A stretch of DNA of 14,130 nt, from NCBI GenBank assembly GCA_964247135.1, contig CAXTTL010000125.1, positions 1 to 14,130 on the forward strand. The letters run 5' to 3'. The DNA is from an uncultured Deinococcales bacterium (GTDB lineage: Bacteria; Deinococcota; Deinococci; Deinococcales; JAAFIG01). A program made the translations under genes and the position numbers. Under the pieces are notes generated by a model. That model was not told the DNA's origin. It did not search any database and saw only the letters and a program-made list of their open reading frames with translations. This document shows positions 1 to 6,549 of this stretch, piece by piece (the stretch's first letter is position 1; every line of letters starts with the position of its first letter).

Positions 1-1764
1 TGGATGCGCAGTTGTGACTTCCAGAATTTCAGCTCGAGTCACCAGACTTTCTGGTTTTGGTGGCGTATTCGCGGCTGGCAGTGTGATTTTGAGTTTTAAA
101 CACGCGCTGCACTGTCCGCAATCGTGGTCGCTCGGGTCGCCAAAGTACCGTGCGAGTTGTTTGGCATAACAATCTGGGTTTTCAAACAACGCGACAACGC
201 TGTGAAGTCGCGCCAAATCTTGACTTTCGCGTTGCTCGAGTCTGGAATACAACTTTGAGGCGAGCGCATCGACATCAGTCATTGGTTTTAAACGCGTGTA
301 CTGACTTCTCGAGTCGCTGACCCGAACTTCGGCTAAATTTTGTTCGTCCAAATAATTGAGCGCCTTCACAATCCGGTCTCGGTCTTGACCAATGTTGGCG
401 GCGATCACGTCAGGACTGAGCGTGAGCCAATCGCGCCCCATTTTTCCAGCTTTAAAAACGCGGCGCAAAAACGTTTGGCGCTCCAAATCAAATCGCTCGA
501 GAATTTTGTCGATGTCACTCGAGAATTTCAGTTGATAGGTGGCGTATTGCGGCGTACCTTGCGACAAAACCCCCAGTAGCTCGAGGTAGGTTAAAAGTGT
601 TTTAAGGACTGTGCCGCGAATGTTGGTTTGCGTTCCGAGTTCGTACAAATTCAGCAACTTGGCATCTTCGCCTTGGCTTAAAAAGTCAATCAGAGATCGC
701 ACCGAACTTAAACTTGGCGTGTCACCGTAAGCGAATTGCTCGAGTGCCGCCAAATCCTCCAAACTACCGAACATCACGGCGGTACTCGGCAGTCCGTCCC
801 GTCCGGCGCGTCCGATCTCCTGGCTGTAACCCTCGAGACTTTTGGGCAGTTGGTAATGGTAGACGGCTCGAACATCAGATTTGTCAATGCCCATGCCAAA
901 GGCGATGGTGGCGACCACCACGGCATTTGGCGCGGTCATCCACCAATTTTGGACGTTGCTTCGAGCTTCGTCCTCCATGCCCGCGTGATAGGCTCGAGCC
1001 TCAATTCCAGCGTTCTCGAGTGATGCTGCCACGCTTTCGGCGTCACGTTGCAAACTGACGTAGACGATGCTGGTGCCCGGGTTTGCTTTAATTTCGCTTG
1101 CCAAAACTGAGGCTCGAACGATCTGCTTGGTTGGTTTGGCAATCAAGCTCAGGTTGTCGCGCCTCGAGCCGGTGATGATCGCGGCTGAAATTGGAATGTC
1201 AAAGGCTTTGCAGATGTCCTGTACGACTTTTGGCGTGGCGGTGGCGGTCAGTGCCAGAATCCGCTCGGCGCTTATTTCTTTGGCGAACGCCGCCAATTTC
1301 AGGTAATCGGGTCTGAAACTGTGTCCCCATTCCGAAATGCAGTGCGCCTCATCGATGGCGAACAAGGCAATCTTGGTACGCCGCATCAGGTCTTGGAACC
1401 GTTCGTTGTTGAATCGTTCGGGTGAAACGTACAAAATTTTGAGGCTGCCGTTTTTAATCTCGTTCCAGATTTGCAAGTTTTGATCGCGTGCCATGCTCGA
1501 GTCGAGTCTGGCAGCGGGAATGCCTTTCGTCAGCAGGTCTTCGACCTGGTCACGCATCAGGGCAATCAACGGCGAAACCACCAGCGTCAGCCCCTCGAGT
1601 TTAAGTGCCGGAATTTGATAGGTTAAGCTTTTGCCGCCGCCGGTCGGAAAGACTGCCAGGGCGCGAGCGTCGCGCTCTAAACTTTCGAGGACTTCAAGCT
1701 GTCCAGCACGAAAATTTGAGTGACCAAAACGTTTCAAAAGTTCCAAGGGTTCGGCTGACTCCAT
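1..1764 (-). CDS. recQ: RecQ-family ATP-dependent DNA helicase (3' end runs off the window)
   Basis: Manual translation of segments in one frame from the ATG at 1764 (MESAEPLELLKRFGHSNFRAGQ). Motifs found: Walker A AVFPTGGGKSLTYQIPAL, Ia LVVSPLIALMRDQV, II FAIDEAHCISEWGHSFRPDY, VI SQEIGRAGRDG and Zn-binding CYAKQLARYFG...CGQCSAC. The frame is open at position 1, so the ORF track (which needs a stop) omits it. Confidence 0.96.
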   Translation of the reverse strand, partial: MESAEPLELLKRFGHSNFRAGQLEVLESLERDARALAVFPTGGGKSLTYQIPALKLEGLTLVVSPLIALMRDQVEDLLTKGIPAARLDSSMARDQNLQIWNEIKNGSLKILYVSPERFNNERFQDLMRRTKIALFAIDEAHCISEWGHSFRPDYLKLAAFAKEISAERILALTATATPKVVQDICKAFDIPISAAIITGSRRDNLSLIAKPTKQIVRASVLASEIKANPGTSIVYVSLQRDAESVAASLENAGIEARAYHAGMEDEARSNVQNWWMTAPNAVVVATIAFGMGIDKSDVRAVYHYQLPKSLEGYSQEIGRAGRDGLPSTAVMFGSLEDLAALEQFAYGDTPSLSSVRSLIDFLSQGEDAKLLNLYELGTQTNIRGTVLKTLLTYLELLGVLSQGTPQYATYQLKFSSDIDKILERFDLERQTFLRRVFKAGKMGRDWLTLSPDVIAANIGQDRDRIVKALNYLDEQNLAEVRVSDSRSQYTRLKPMTDVDALASKLYSRLEQRESQDLARLHSVVALFENPDCYAKQLARYFGDPSDHDCGQCSACLKLKITLPAANTPPKPESLVTRAEILEVTTAHP

Positions 1765-1770
1765 TTCCAG

Positions 1771-1776
1771 ACGATA
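1771..1776 (-). promoter_or_regulatory. -10 element (TATCGT) for a probable leaderless recQ transcript
   Basis: TANNNT lies 6 nt upstream of the recQ ATG, with no Shine-Dalgarno sequence. Confidence 0.55.
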
Positions 1777-1837
1777 CCGCAGTATCTTTGAGTTGGTCTA
1801 AATCATGTGCAATTCCCTGTTTTTCCCTGCCCAAGCC

Positions 1838-1846
1838 TGCTAGTCT
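1838..1846 (+). promoter_or_regulatory. Putative extended -10 element (TG-C-TAGTCT) for the hypothetical gene
   Basis: TGnTAnnnT match ending 37 nt upstream of the ATG at 1884, divergent from the recQ promoter. Confidence 0.35.
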
Positions 1847-1883
1847 ATGGGGGTTTGAATTTCAAAATCCAAACGATATTCCA

Positions 1884-2330
1884 ATGACCAACACTTTACC
1901 CATCCCCAGTCTTGAGTTTGGAGCGCTACAAAAAGCCCTTCGGCGTGCGCTATCGAGCCGAGGCATGACCTGGGAAAAATTTGAGGTTGGCGCTCAACTC
2001 GCCAAACTCGAGGTCAGTGCACAACTTGAAGGCTTTCTTGACGCTTTCGTCACGGCTTACCCGCGACTTCGTGATGGCTTGGAACGTTTTGAAGCCACTC
2101 GAGCTTGGGTCACCAAATTGGTGTTGGCAATGCTGCTGGCACTCCATTCGGAAACCGACCCCGAACCTCGAGCCGATTGGGAGGCGCGTCCGTTTTCGGT
2201 GCGCGAGTCGAGCAATAGCGATAACGTTTTGTTGGTCTCTCGAGCGCTCGATTTTGATTGGTTTACCGGATTGAATCCCGCCTTGATTCGACTGCGTTCG
2301 TGCGTGGTTTGGGCAAGATTTCTGAGCTGA
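1884..2330 (+). CDS. Hypothetical protein (148 aa)
   Basis: 3' part of track ORF 1605..2330 that does not overlap recQ; starts MTNTLPIPSLEF. It fills the gap between recQ and the desaturase. No recognisable motif. Confidence 0.6.
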   Translation: MTNTLPIPSLEFGALQKALRRALSSRGMTWEKFEVGAQLAKLEVSAQLEGFLDAFVTAYPRLRDGLERFEATRAWVTKLVLAMLLALHSETDPEPRADWEARPFSVRESSNSDNVLLVSRALDFDWFTGLNPALIRLRSCVVWARFLS

Positions 2331-2337
2331 AGACGGG

Positions 2338-2386
2338 TAGAATGTCTTTATCGCTCCGTTTTCGTCCTCGCATGTTTGTCAGGAGA
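2338..2386 (+). promoter_or_regulatory. -10 element (TAGAAT, 2338-2343) and Shine-Dalgarno (AGGAGA, 2381-2386) of the desaturase gene
   Basis: Near-consensus -10 hexamer, a leader of about 40 nt, and a Shine-Dalgarno 4 nt before the ATG at 2391. Confidence 0.5.
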
Positions 2387-2390
2387 TGTC

Positions 2391-3467
2391 ATGGCTTCAA
2401 TTATGCCCCCAAGAGAAATTATCGACCAGGATCGTCCCTTAAGTCCTGCCAGTTTGTTATCGCGCAGCTACCGCGACCGGCTCATCGAACGCGGTCTGCT
2501 CGGCTTGTACCGCTGGTACACCGCCCGTTCTCAAGAAACCCGCAATTGGAACCCAGACTTGGGTTTTGATTGGCAAAATATTCGCACCGATTTCAACCCT
2601 CAAGTGCAAATGGTGCTCGAGGGCTTCTTTGCCGTCGAGCAGTACGCCCCCGATTACGTTAGCAAGTTCTTGCACATGGTTCGCCGCTCGCACGGGCGCA
2701 GCCACTTTCAAATGCGCTGGGGTTCTGAGGAAGAAAAACACGCCGACAGTTGGGAAAATGCCGTTCTGTTCAGCCGCAGCCGCACGCCAGCCTACCTCGA
2801 GGAGTACAAGATTGCGCTTCGCACCAACGAGTGGAAACTCCCCTGGGATGACGCGCTTCATGTCTTGCTGTACACGGTTTTTCAGGAACGCGCTACCCAA
2901 TTAAATTACCTCAATCTGGCAAAAATCACCCAGGGCATCTCGAGCAAACCAGAACTCAACGACCAGATTGATCCAGTCCTCACCAAGGTTGCCGTGACCA
3001 TCGCCACCGACGAGGCGGCGCATTACAATTTCTTTCTCGAGTGCGCCAGGTTGTTCATGTACTATTACCCGCTCGAGACGCTCGAAGCCATGCGCGATGT
3101 GGTCAATCACTTTGCCATGCCGGCAGGCGACATCATTCCAAACTGGGACGAGTTCTTTGAGGCGGCGTACAAGTGCGCGGTTTATGGACCCAGGGAGTAC
3201 GCCAGGGATGTTGTGGCGCTGGTGTTCTCGCAGTTTGGCGTGCAGGGCAAGCGTCAACTCGAGGAAGGCATCAAACGCACGCGCCTTGTGCCCGACGAGC
3301 AGGGACAGATGATGCAAACCGCGATTTGGGAAACCTTTGATCCCGAAATCATGCTCCGCGACGTCAAGCGCATTTACGCCAAGATTCAGGGACACGAAGC
3401 CAAATACGGCATGGACAAGATCGATCCCGTGGCACTCGTGGAAAATCCCGTCTGGCCCGTCCGTTAA
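2391..3467 (+). CDS. Acyl-ACP desaturase family (FA_desaturase_2, ferritin-like diiron) protein, 358 aa
   Basis: Diiron ligand motifs AVEQYAPDY, WGSEEEKH, VFQERAT, DEAAHY and FAMPA parallel the plant stearoyl-ACP desaturase motifs TEEALPTY, WTAEENRH, SFQERAT, DEKRH and xMPA. The start at 2391 is supported by AGGAGA. Confidence 0.88.
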   Translation: MASIMPPREIIDQDRPLSPASLLSRSYRDRLIERGLLGLYRWYTARSQETRNWNPDLGFDWQNIRTDFNPQVQMVLEGFFAVEQYAPDYVSKFLHMVRRSHGRSHFQMRWGSEEEKHADSWENAVLFSRSRTPAYLEEYKIALRTNEWKLPWDDALHVLLYTVFQERATQLNYLNLAKITQGISSKPELNDQIDPVLTKVAVTIATDEAAHYNFFLECARLFMYYYPLETLEAMRDVVNHFAMPAGDIIPNWDEFFEAAYKCAVYGPREYARDVVALVFSQFGVQGKRQLEEGIKRTRLVPDEQGQMMQTAIWETFDPEIMLRDVKRIYAKIQGHEAKYGMDKIDPVALVENPVWPVR

Positions 3468-3491
3468 GCAATCCAACCGATCTAAAATTTC

Positions 3492-3518
3492 AGGCGCATC
3501 CTCGAGGTGCGCCTTTTT
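3492..3518 (+). terminator. Rho-independent terminator after the desaturase
   Basis: AGGCGCATC-CTCGA-GGTGCGCCT forms a 9-bp stem (one G-U pair) running into a T5 tract. Confidence 0.8.
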
Positions 3519-3532
3519 AGATGCTCGAGCCG

Positions 3533-3538
3533 TAGAAT
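3533..3538 (+). promoter_or_regulatory. -10 element (TAGAAT) for a leaderless HD-hydrolase transcript
   Basis: 6 nt upstream of the ATG at 3545, no Shine-Dalgarno, directly after a terminator. Confidence 0.65.
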
Positions 3539-3544
3539 ACCGTT

Positions 3545-4081
3545 ATGAACCCTCAGGTACTGGCGCTTCAATTGATTGCCGAACGAATTCCTGGAACCCG
3601 CAAGGGTTCGCTCGAGGCGGCTTGGGTTCACTCAAAGCGGGTGTCGGAACGCTTGGCGCGGCACGGTTACGGACTTGACGTGGTTTTGGCTGGATTGCTG
3701 CACGATATCGTCGAGGACGGAAATACCACCTTACAAGAACTCTCAGACGTTGGATTCTCGAGTCGAACGGTTCGTCTGGTCGACCTCTCCAGTCACGACG
3801 ATGCCATTTTGGACAAAGACGAACGTTGGGCGCAAATGGTTTTCAGGCTCGAGCAAGCGGGTGACAGCGAAGCCTGGGCGGTCAAGGTCTGTGATTTGAT
3901 TGATAACTTGCACGGTTCTGTCAGTTTAGGCTTGGAGCGTCGCGCGGTGTTCTTTGAAGTCAAAGCCCCGACGTACCTCAGTTTGTCTAGAGTGCCACTG
4001 CAAATGAACGCCTTGTGGCTCGAGTTGCTTGAAGCCTTCTGTCAACCTGGAATTGATCGCTACAGAATTCTTTACGGTTGA
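3545..4081 (+). CDS. HD-domain hydrolase, RelA/SpoT hydrolase (Mesh1/small alarmone hydrolase)-like
   Basis: Motifs TRK...HSKRV, AGLLHDIVED and VKVCDLIDNL match the HD_4 pattern (H...LHDxxED...KxxDxxxN). Single domain, 178 aa, with no synthetase domain. Confidence 0.82.
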   Translation: MNPQVLALQLIAERIPGTRKGSLEAAWVHSKRVSERLARHGYGLDVVLAGLLHDIVEDGNTTLQELSDVGFSSRTVRLVDLSSHDDAILDKDERWAQMVFRLEQAGDSEAWAVKVCDLIDNLHGSVSLGLERRAVFFEVKAPTYLSLSRVPLQMNALWLELLEAFCQPGIDRYRILYG

Positions 4082-4174
4082 TTTTAAGCCGTGCCAAACA
4101 GCCTAGGCTGGCAAAACGCACGGGATTTTGCTGAAAGGATTTAAACTGAATTTTGAAAAAAACAAGGAGGATTT

Positions 4175-4624
4175 ATGAAACGCTTTTTAATTGTACTTCT
4201 GGTACTTCTGGGCTTCTCGTCGCTGGCTGGTGCGCAAAAGTTCTCAATCGGTGGCGGTATTAACGGTTCGGCTGGTTCTGGACAGAGCGCCCAAATTGGA
4301 GCCAGTCTTCAGTTTTCGATCAATGACTTGGTCGCCATTGGACCGTTGGGTGTGGACTTGCGCATCAATGCCGATGCGAGTTTCTCGAGCAGCACCAGCA
4401 TCGAAATTGGAATCACGCCCTTGGCGACCTTTCAGGTGGCTCAGTTTCGGTTGTACGCGGGTCCAAGCCTCAAATTTTTTATTCCAGGTGGGTTGGGTTT
4501 CGGTGCAGCCGCAGGTTTTAATTATCCCATCGCGCCAGGTTTGGACAGTTATGCTGAAATTAATTTGACTTTCGCCCCATTCTCGAGTTGGGCGCTACGG
4601 GTTGGCGTTCAGTACAGCTTCTAA
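4175..4624 (+). CDS. Small outer-membrane beta-barrel protein (about 8 strands) with signal peptide
   Basis: N-terminal signal peptide MKRFLIVLLVLLGFSSLAGA, alternating amphipathic Gly/aromatic-rich strands, a C-terminal BAM-type motif LRVGVQYSF, and a strong Shine-Dalgarno AAGGAGG at 4164-4170. Confidence 0.8.
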   Translation: MKRFLIVLLVLLGFSSLAGAQKFSIGGGINGSAGSGQSAQIGASLQFSINDLVAIGPLGVDLRINADASFSSSTSIEIGITPLATFQVAQFRLYAGPSLKFFIPGGLGFGAAAGFNYPIAPGLDSYAEINLTFAPFSSWALRVGVQYSF

Positions 4625-4636
4625 AGATTAAAATTG

Positions 4637-4671
4637 AAAGCCTTTTGAATCTAGGTTTGAGAGGCTTTTTT
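4637..4671 (+). terminator. Rho-independent terminator after the beta-barrel gene
   Basis: AAAGCCTTTTGAATC-TAG-GTTTGAGAGGCTTT stem (several G-U pairs, valid on the + strand) ending in a T6 tract. Confidence 0.7.
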
Positions 4672-4684
4672 CATGAATCTGCGG

Positions 4685-4690
4685 TACACT
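4685..4690 (+). promoter_or_regulatory. -10 element (TACACT) for a near-leaderless PASTA gene
   Basis: 8 nt upstream of the ATG at 4699, no Shine-Dalgarno, downstream of a terminator. Confidence 0.55.
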
Positions 4691-4698
4691 GTGCCCCG

Positions 4699-6525
4699 AT
4701 GACGCTGGAAAAACTTGATGGAAAATACGAGGTCAAACGCGAAATCTCGCGCGACGCCGCCGTTCGCAGCGTCGAAGCTGCCACCTCGGATGGTCGCGCC
4801 GTCCGTGTCGATTGGTTTTTTGTCATCGATCCAAAAAGCCGTTCTAACTTTCACCGTTACCGCACCGCCTTAAAAACCGCCAACTCCCCGCTGATGCTCG
4901 ATGCCGTCGCCCGACCAGGGGCGTATTACACGGTTTGGCAACTCGAGGGCGGGGCAAGTGCGGCATCATGGTTGGAAGCGCATCCCAAGGATGACGGATT
5001 CCGTGGACACCTTCAAACCATCGCCACTTCGCTCGAGGCTTTTGGTTTTTCGCTCGCCGATACCGATGTGATTGCGGTGGAACACCGAGAAAACGGCAAA
5101 GCCGAGGTGCGCCCAGCGATTGCCAATTTACGTCTGATCGAACGGACCCCAGACGAGATTAAACAATTGAACATGACCTTGCTCGAGCCGAAAAAAGCCC
5201 CAGCCAAAGCCATTTTTGCGGTCAACACCAAAAAACCTGTCGTCAAACCAAATCCCGTGGTTGACCCCAATCTCGAGCCTTCCACCAAGGCTGTCATTCC
5301 AAAATTAAACCAACGCCGTTTGACCATTTGGGGCATCGTTCCAGGAATTGCGCTGCTGATTGGCACGGGGTTTTTTGGTCAACAGGTGGTCCAAGCCTTT
5401 TTGCAACCCAGCATGGTGGTTGTTCCCAATGTGGTCGGCAAACCCGTCCGTGAGGCGGCCAAAATCCTTTCTGAAACCCGTTTAAACACCAACCTCGAGA
5501 AGGGCAACGACAACACGCAGCCTCAGGGCATTGTGCTGTCGCAAAACCCGCCCAAGGGAACATCGCTGACCGAAACCCGAGTGGTCAGCATTGTTGTGAA
5601 TTACCCAAGACCACTTATTGCCCCAGATTTGGTGGGCAAGCTTGGCACTGAAGCCAAAATCACCCTCAAAGAATTGGGTTTGGTCACCGCAAACGTCGCC
5701 ATCGTACCAGCCGCCGAGGGTGAACCTCGAGGCGTGGTCTTGGCGCAAAATCCAATTCCAGGAACGCAGATGATCAAGGGCAGCGGCGTGACCATTCTGG
5801 TCAGTGGCGCACGCCCAGAAAAGGGCAAAACCTTCCTGCCCGATTTGACTGGACTTTCGTTCGAGGAAGCCCGAGCACTCATTAAGATGTCCGGTTTGAC
5901 CTTGGTCGAAATCAACACCCGCAATTCGACAGTTGCCAAAAATACGGTTTTGGCTCAAACCCCTGCGCCAAACAAAAGCGTGGCGCTCGAGGGTGAGGCG
6001 ACCTTAACAATTGCCACCACCGCGAATGCCCAAAAACCGGTCGTGCCAGAGCCAATTCGACCACGCCCAATTGTTCCAATCCCAAACAACCCGACCCCCA
6101 CCAACCCCCAAGCCACACCAATACCGACACCCACTCCCACACCAACACCAACGCCAGAAACCACAACTGTGACACCGCCCGTCACAAGCCCGACCAACAA
6201 CCCGGTTCTTCCCGAAGGTCAAAAACCTCCAGCCGAAACGCCGACCACCCCCGATCCTGTGACCACGCCAACGCAACCAGTTCCAGTGACAACACCCACG
6301 ACCACCACCCAGACACGTTCCGTCACATTTTCTTATCTTGTTCCGGCAGACCTTGGAACGGTCACTTTGGAGGTGCGCATGGTAGACGACGACGGCGAGA
6401 AAACCATTTACGGTCCGCTCAGTGTCCCTGGAGGCACAACAATTGACCTGCCTCGAGAGGTGCGCGGCAAAGCAACCTTCACGGTCATTATTGATGGAGT
6501 GCCGAAGTATGTCGGAGAATTGTGA
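4699..6525 (+). CDS. PASTA-domain membrane protein (degenerate kinase-like N-terminus, TM helix, 3 PASTA repeats, Pro/Thr linker, C-terminal beta domain), 608 aa
   Basis: TM segment IWGIVPGIALLIGTGFFG. PASTA repeats begin VVVPNVVGKPVREA, LIAPDLVGK and FLPDLTGLSFEEA, with VLSQNP, VLAQNP and VLAQTP motifs. The track start at 4588 overlaps the upstream gene and terminator, so the ATG at 4699 is preferred. Confidence 0.9.
   Translation: MTLEKLDGKYEVKREISRDAAVRSVEAATSDGRAVRVDWFFVIDPKSRSNFHRYRTALKTANSPLMLDAVARPGAYYTVWQLEGGASAASWLEAHPKDDGFRGHLQTIATSLEAFGFSLADTDVIAVEHRENGKAEVRPAIANLRLIERTPDEIKQLNMTLLEPKKAPAKAIFAVNTKKPVVKPNPVVDPNLEPSTKAVIPKLNQRRLTIWGIVPGIALLIGTGFFGQQVVQAFLQPSMVVVPNVVGKPVREAAKILSETRLNTNLEKGNDNTQPQGIVLSQNPPKGTSLTETRVVSIVVNYPRPLIAPDLVGKLGTEAKITLKELGLVTANVAIVPAAEGEPRGVVLAQNPIPGTQMIKGSGVTILVSGARPEKGKTFLPDLTGLSFEEARALIKMSGLTLVEINTRNSTVAKNTVLAQTPAPNKSVALEGEATLTIATTANAQKPVVPEPIRPRPIVPIPNNPTPTNPQATPIPTPTPTPTPTPETTTVTPPVTSPTNNPVLPEGQKPPAETPTTPDPVTTPTQPVPVTTPTTTTQTRSVTFSYLVPADLGTVTLEVRMVDDDGEKTIYGPLSVPGGTTIDLPREVRGKATFTVIIDGVPKYVGEL
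6040..6315 (+). repeat. Low-complexity Pro/Thr-rich coding linker (PTPTPTPTPE...)
   Basis: Translation of the PASTA gene. Codons vary between repeats, so this is a protein-level repeat rather than a DNA-level one. Confidence 0.75.
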
Positions 6526-6536
6526 AGCTTCGAGCG

Positions 6537-6542
6537 TAAAAT
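6537..6542 (+). promoter_or_regulatory. -10 element (TAAAAT) for a leaderless hydrolase-PanK transcript
   Basis: 7 nt upstream of the GTG at 6550, no Shine-Dalgarno. Confidence 0.55.
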
Positions 6543-6549
6543 AATTATC

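Noticed and set aside
340-1306. Several + strand ORFs (340..579, 714..1058, 736..1023, 1067..1306)
   Set aside because: They are antisense shadows of the recQ gene, which has clear helicase motifs on the - strand.
1605-1883. 5' extension of the 241-aa ORF 1605..2330
   Set aside because: It overlaps the recQ N-terminus and both divergent promoters; the ATG at 1884 is more plausible.
1765-1883. Radiation/desiccation response motif (RDRM, DdrO site) or SOS box upstream of recQ
   Set aside because: No convincing match to the 17-bp RDRM palindrome or a LexA box; only a 5-bp inverted repeat is present.
4082-4174. Known riboswitch (c-di-GMP-I, glycine, c-di-AMP) upstream of the beta-barrel gene
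   Set aside because: Only fragmentary matches (GGCAAA, CTGAAAGG), and the region is short and lacks the conserved cores. An Rfam scan would be decisive.
4588-4698. Longer start for the PASTA gene
   Set aside because: It overlaps the beta-barrel stop codon and terminator, and a -10 box supports the ATG at 4699.
6040-6315. CRISPR array or VNTR in the C/A-rich repetitive stretch
   Set aside because: There are no identical direct repeats or spacers; it is an in-frame Pro/Thr linker with varied codons.
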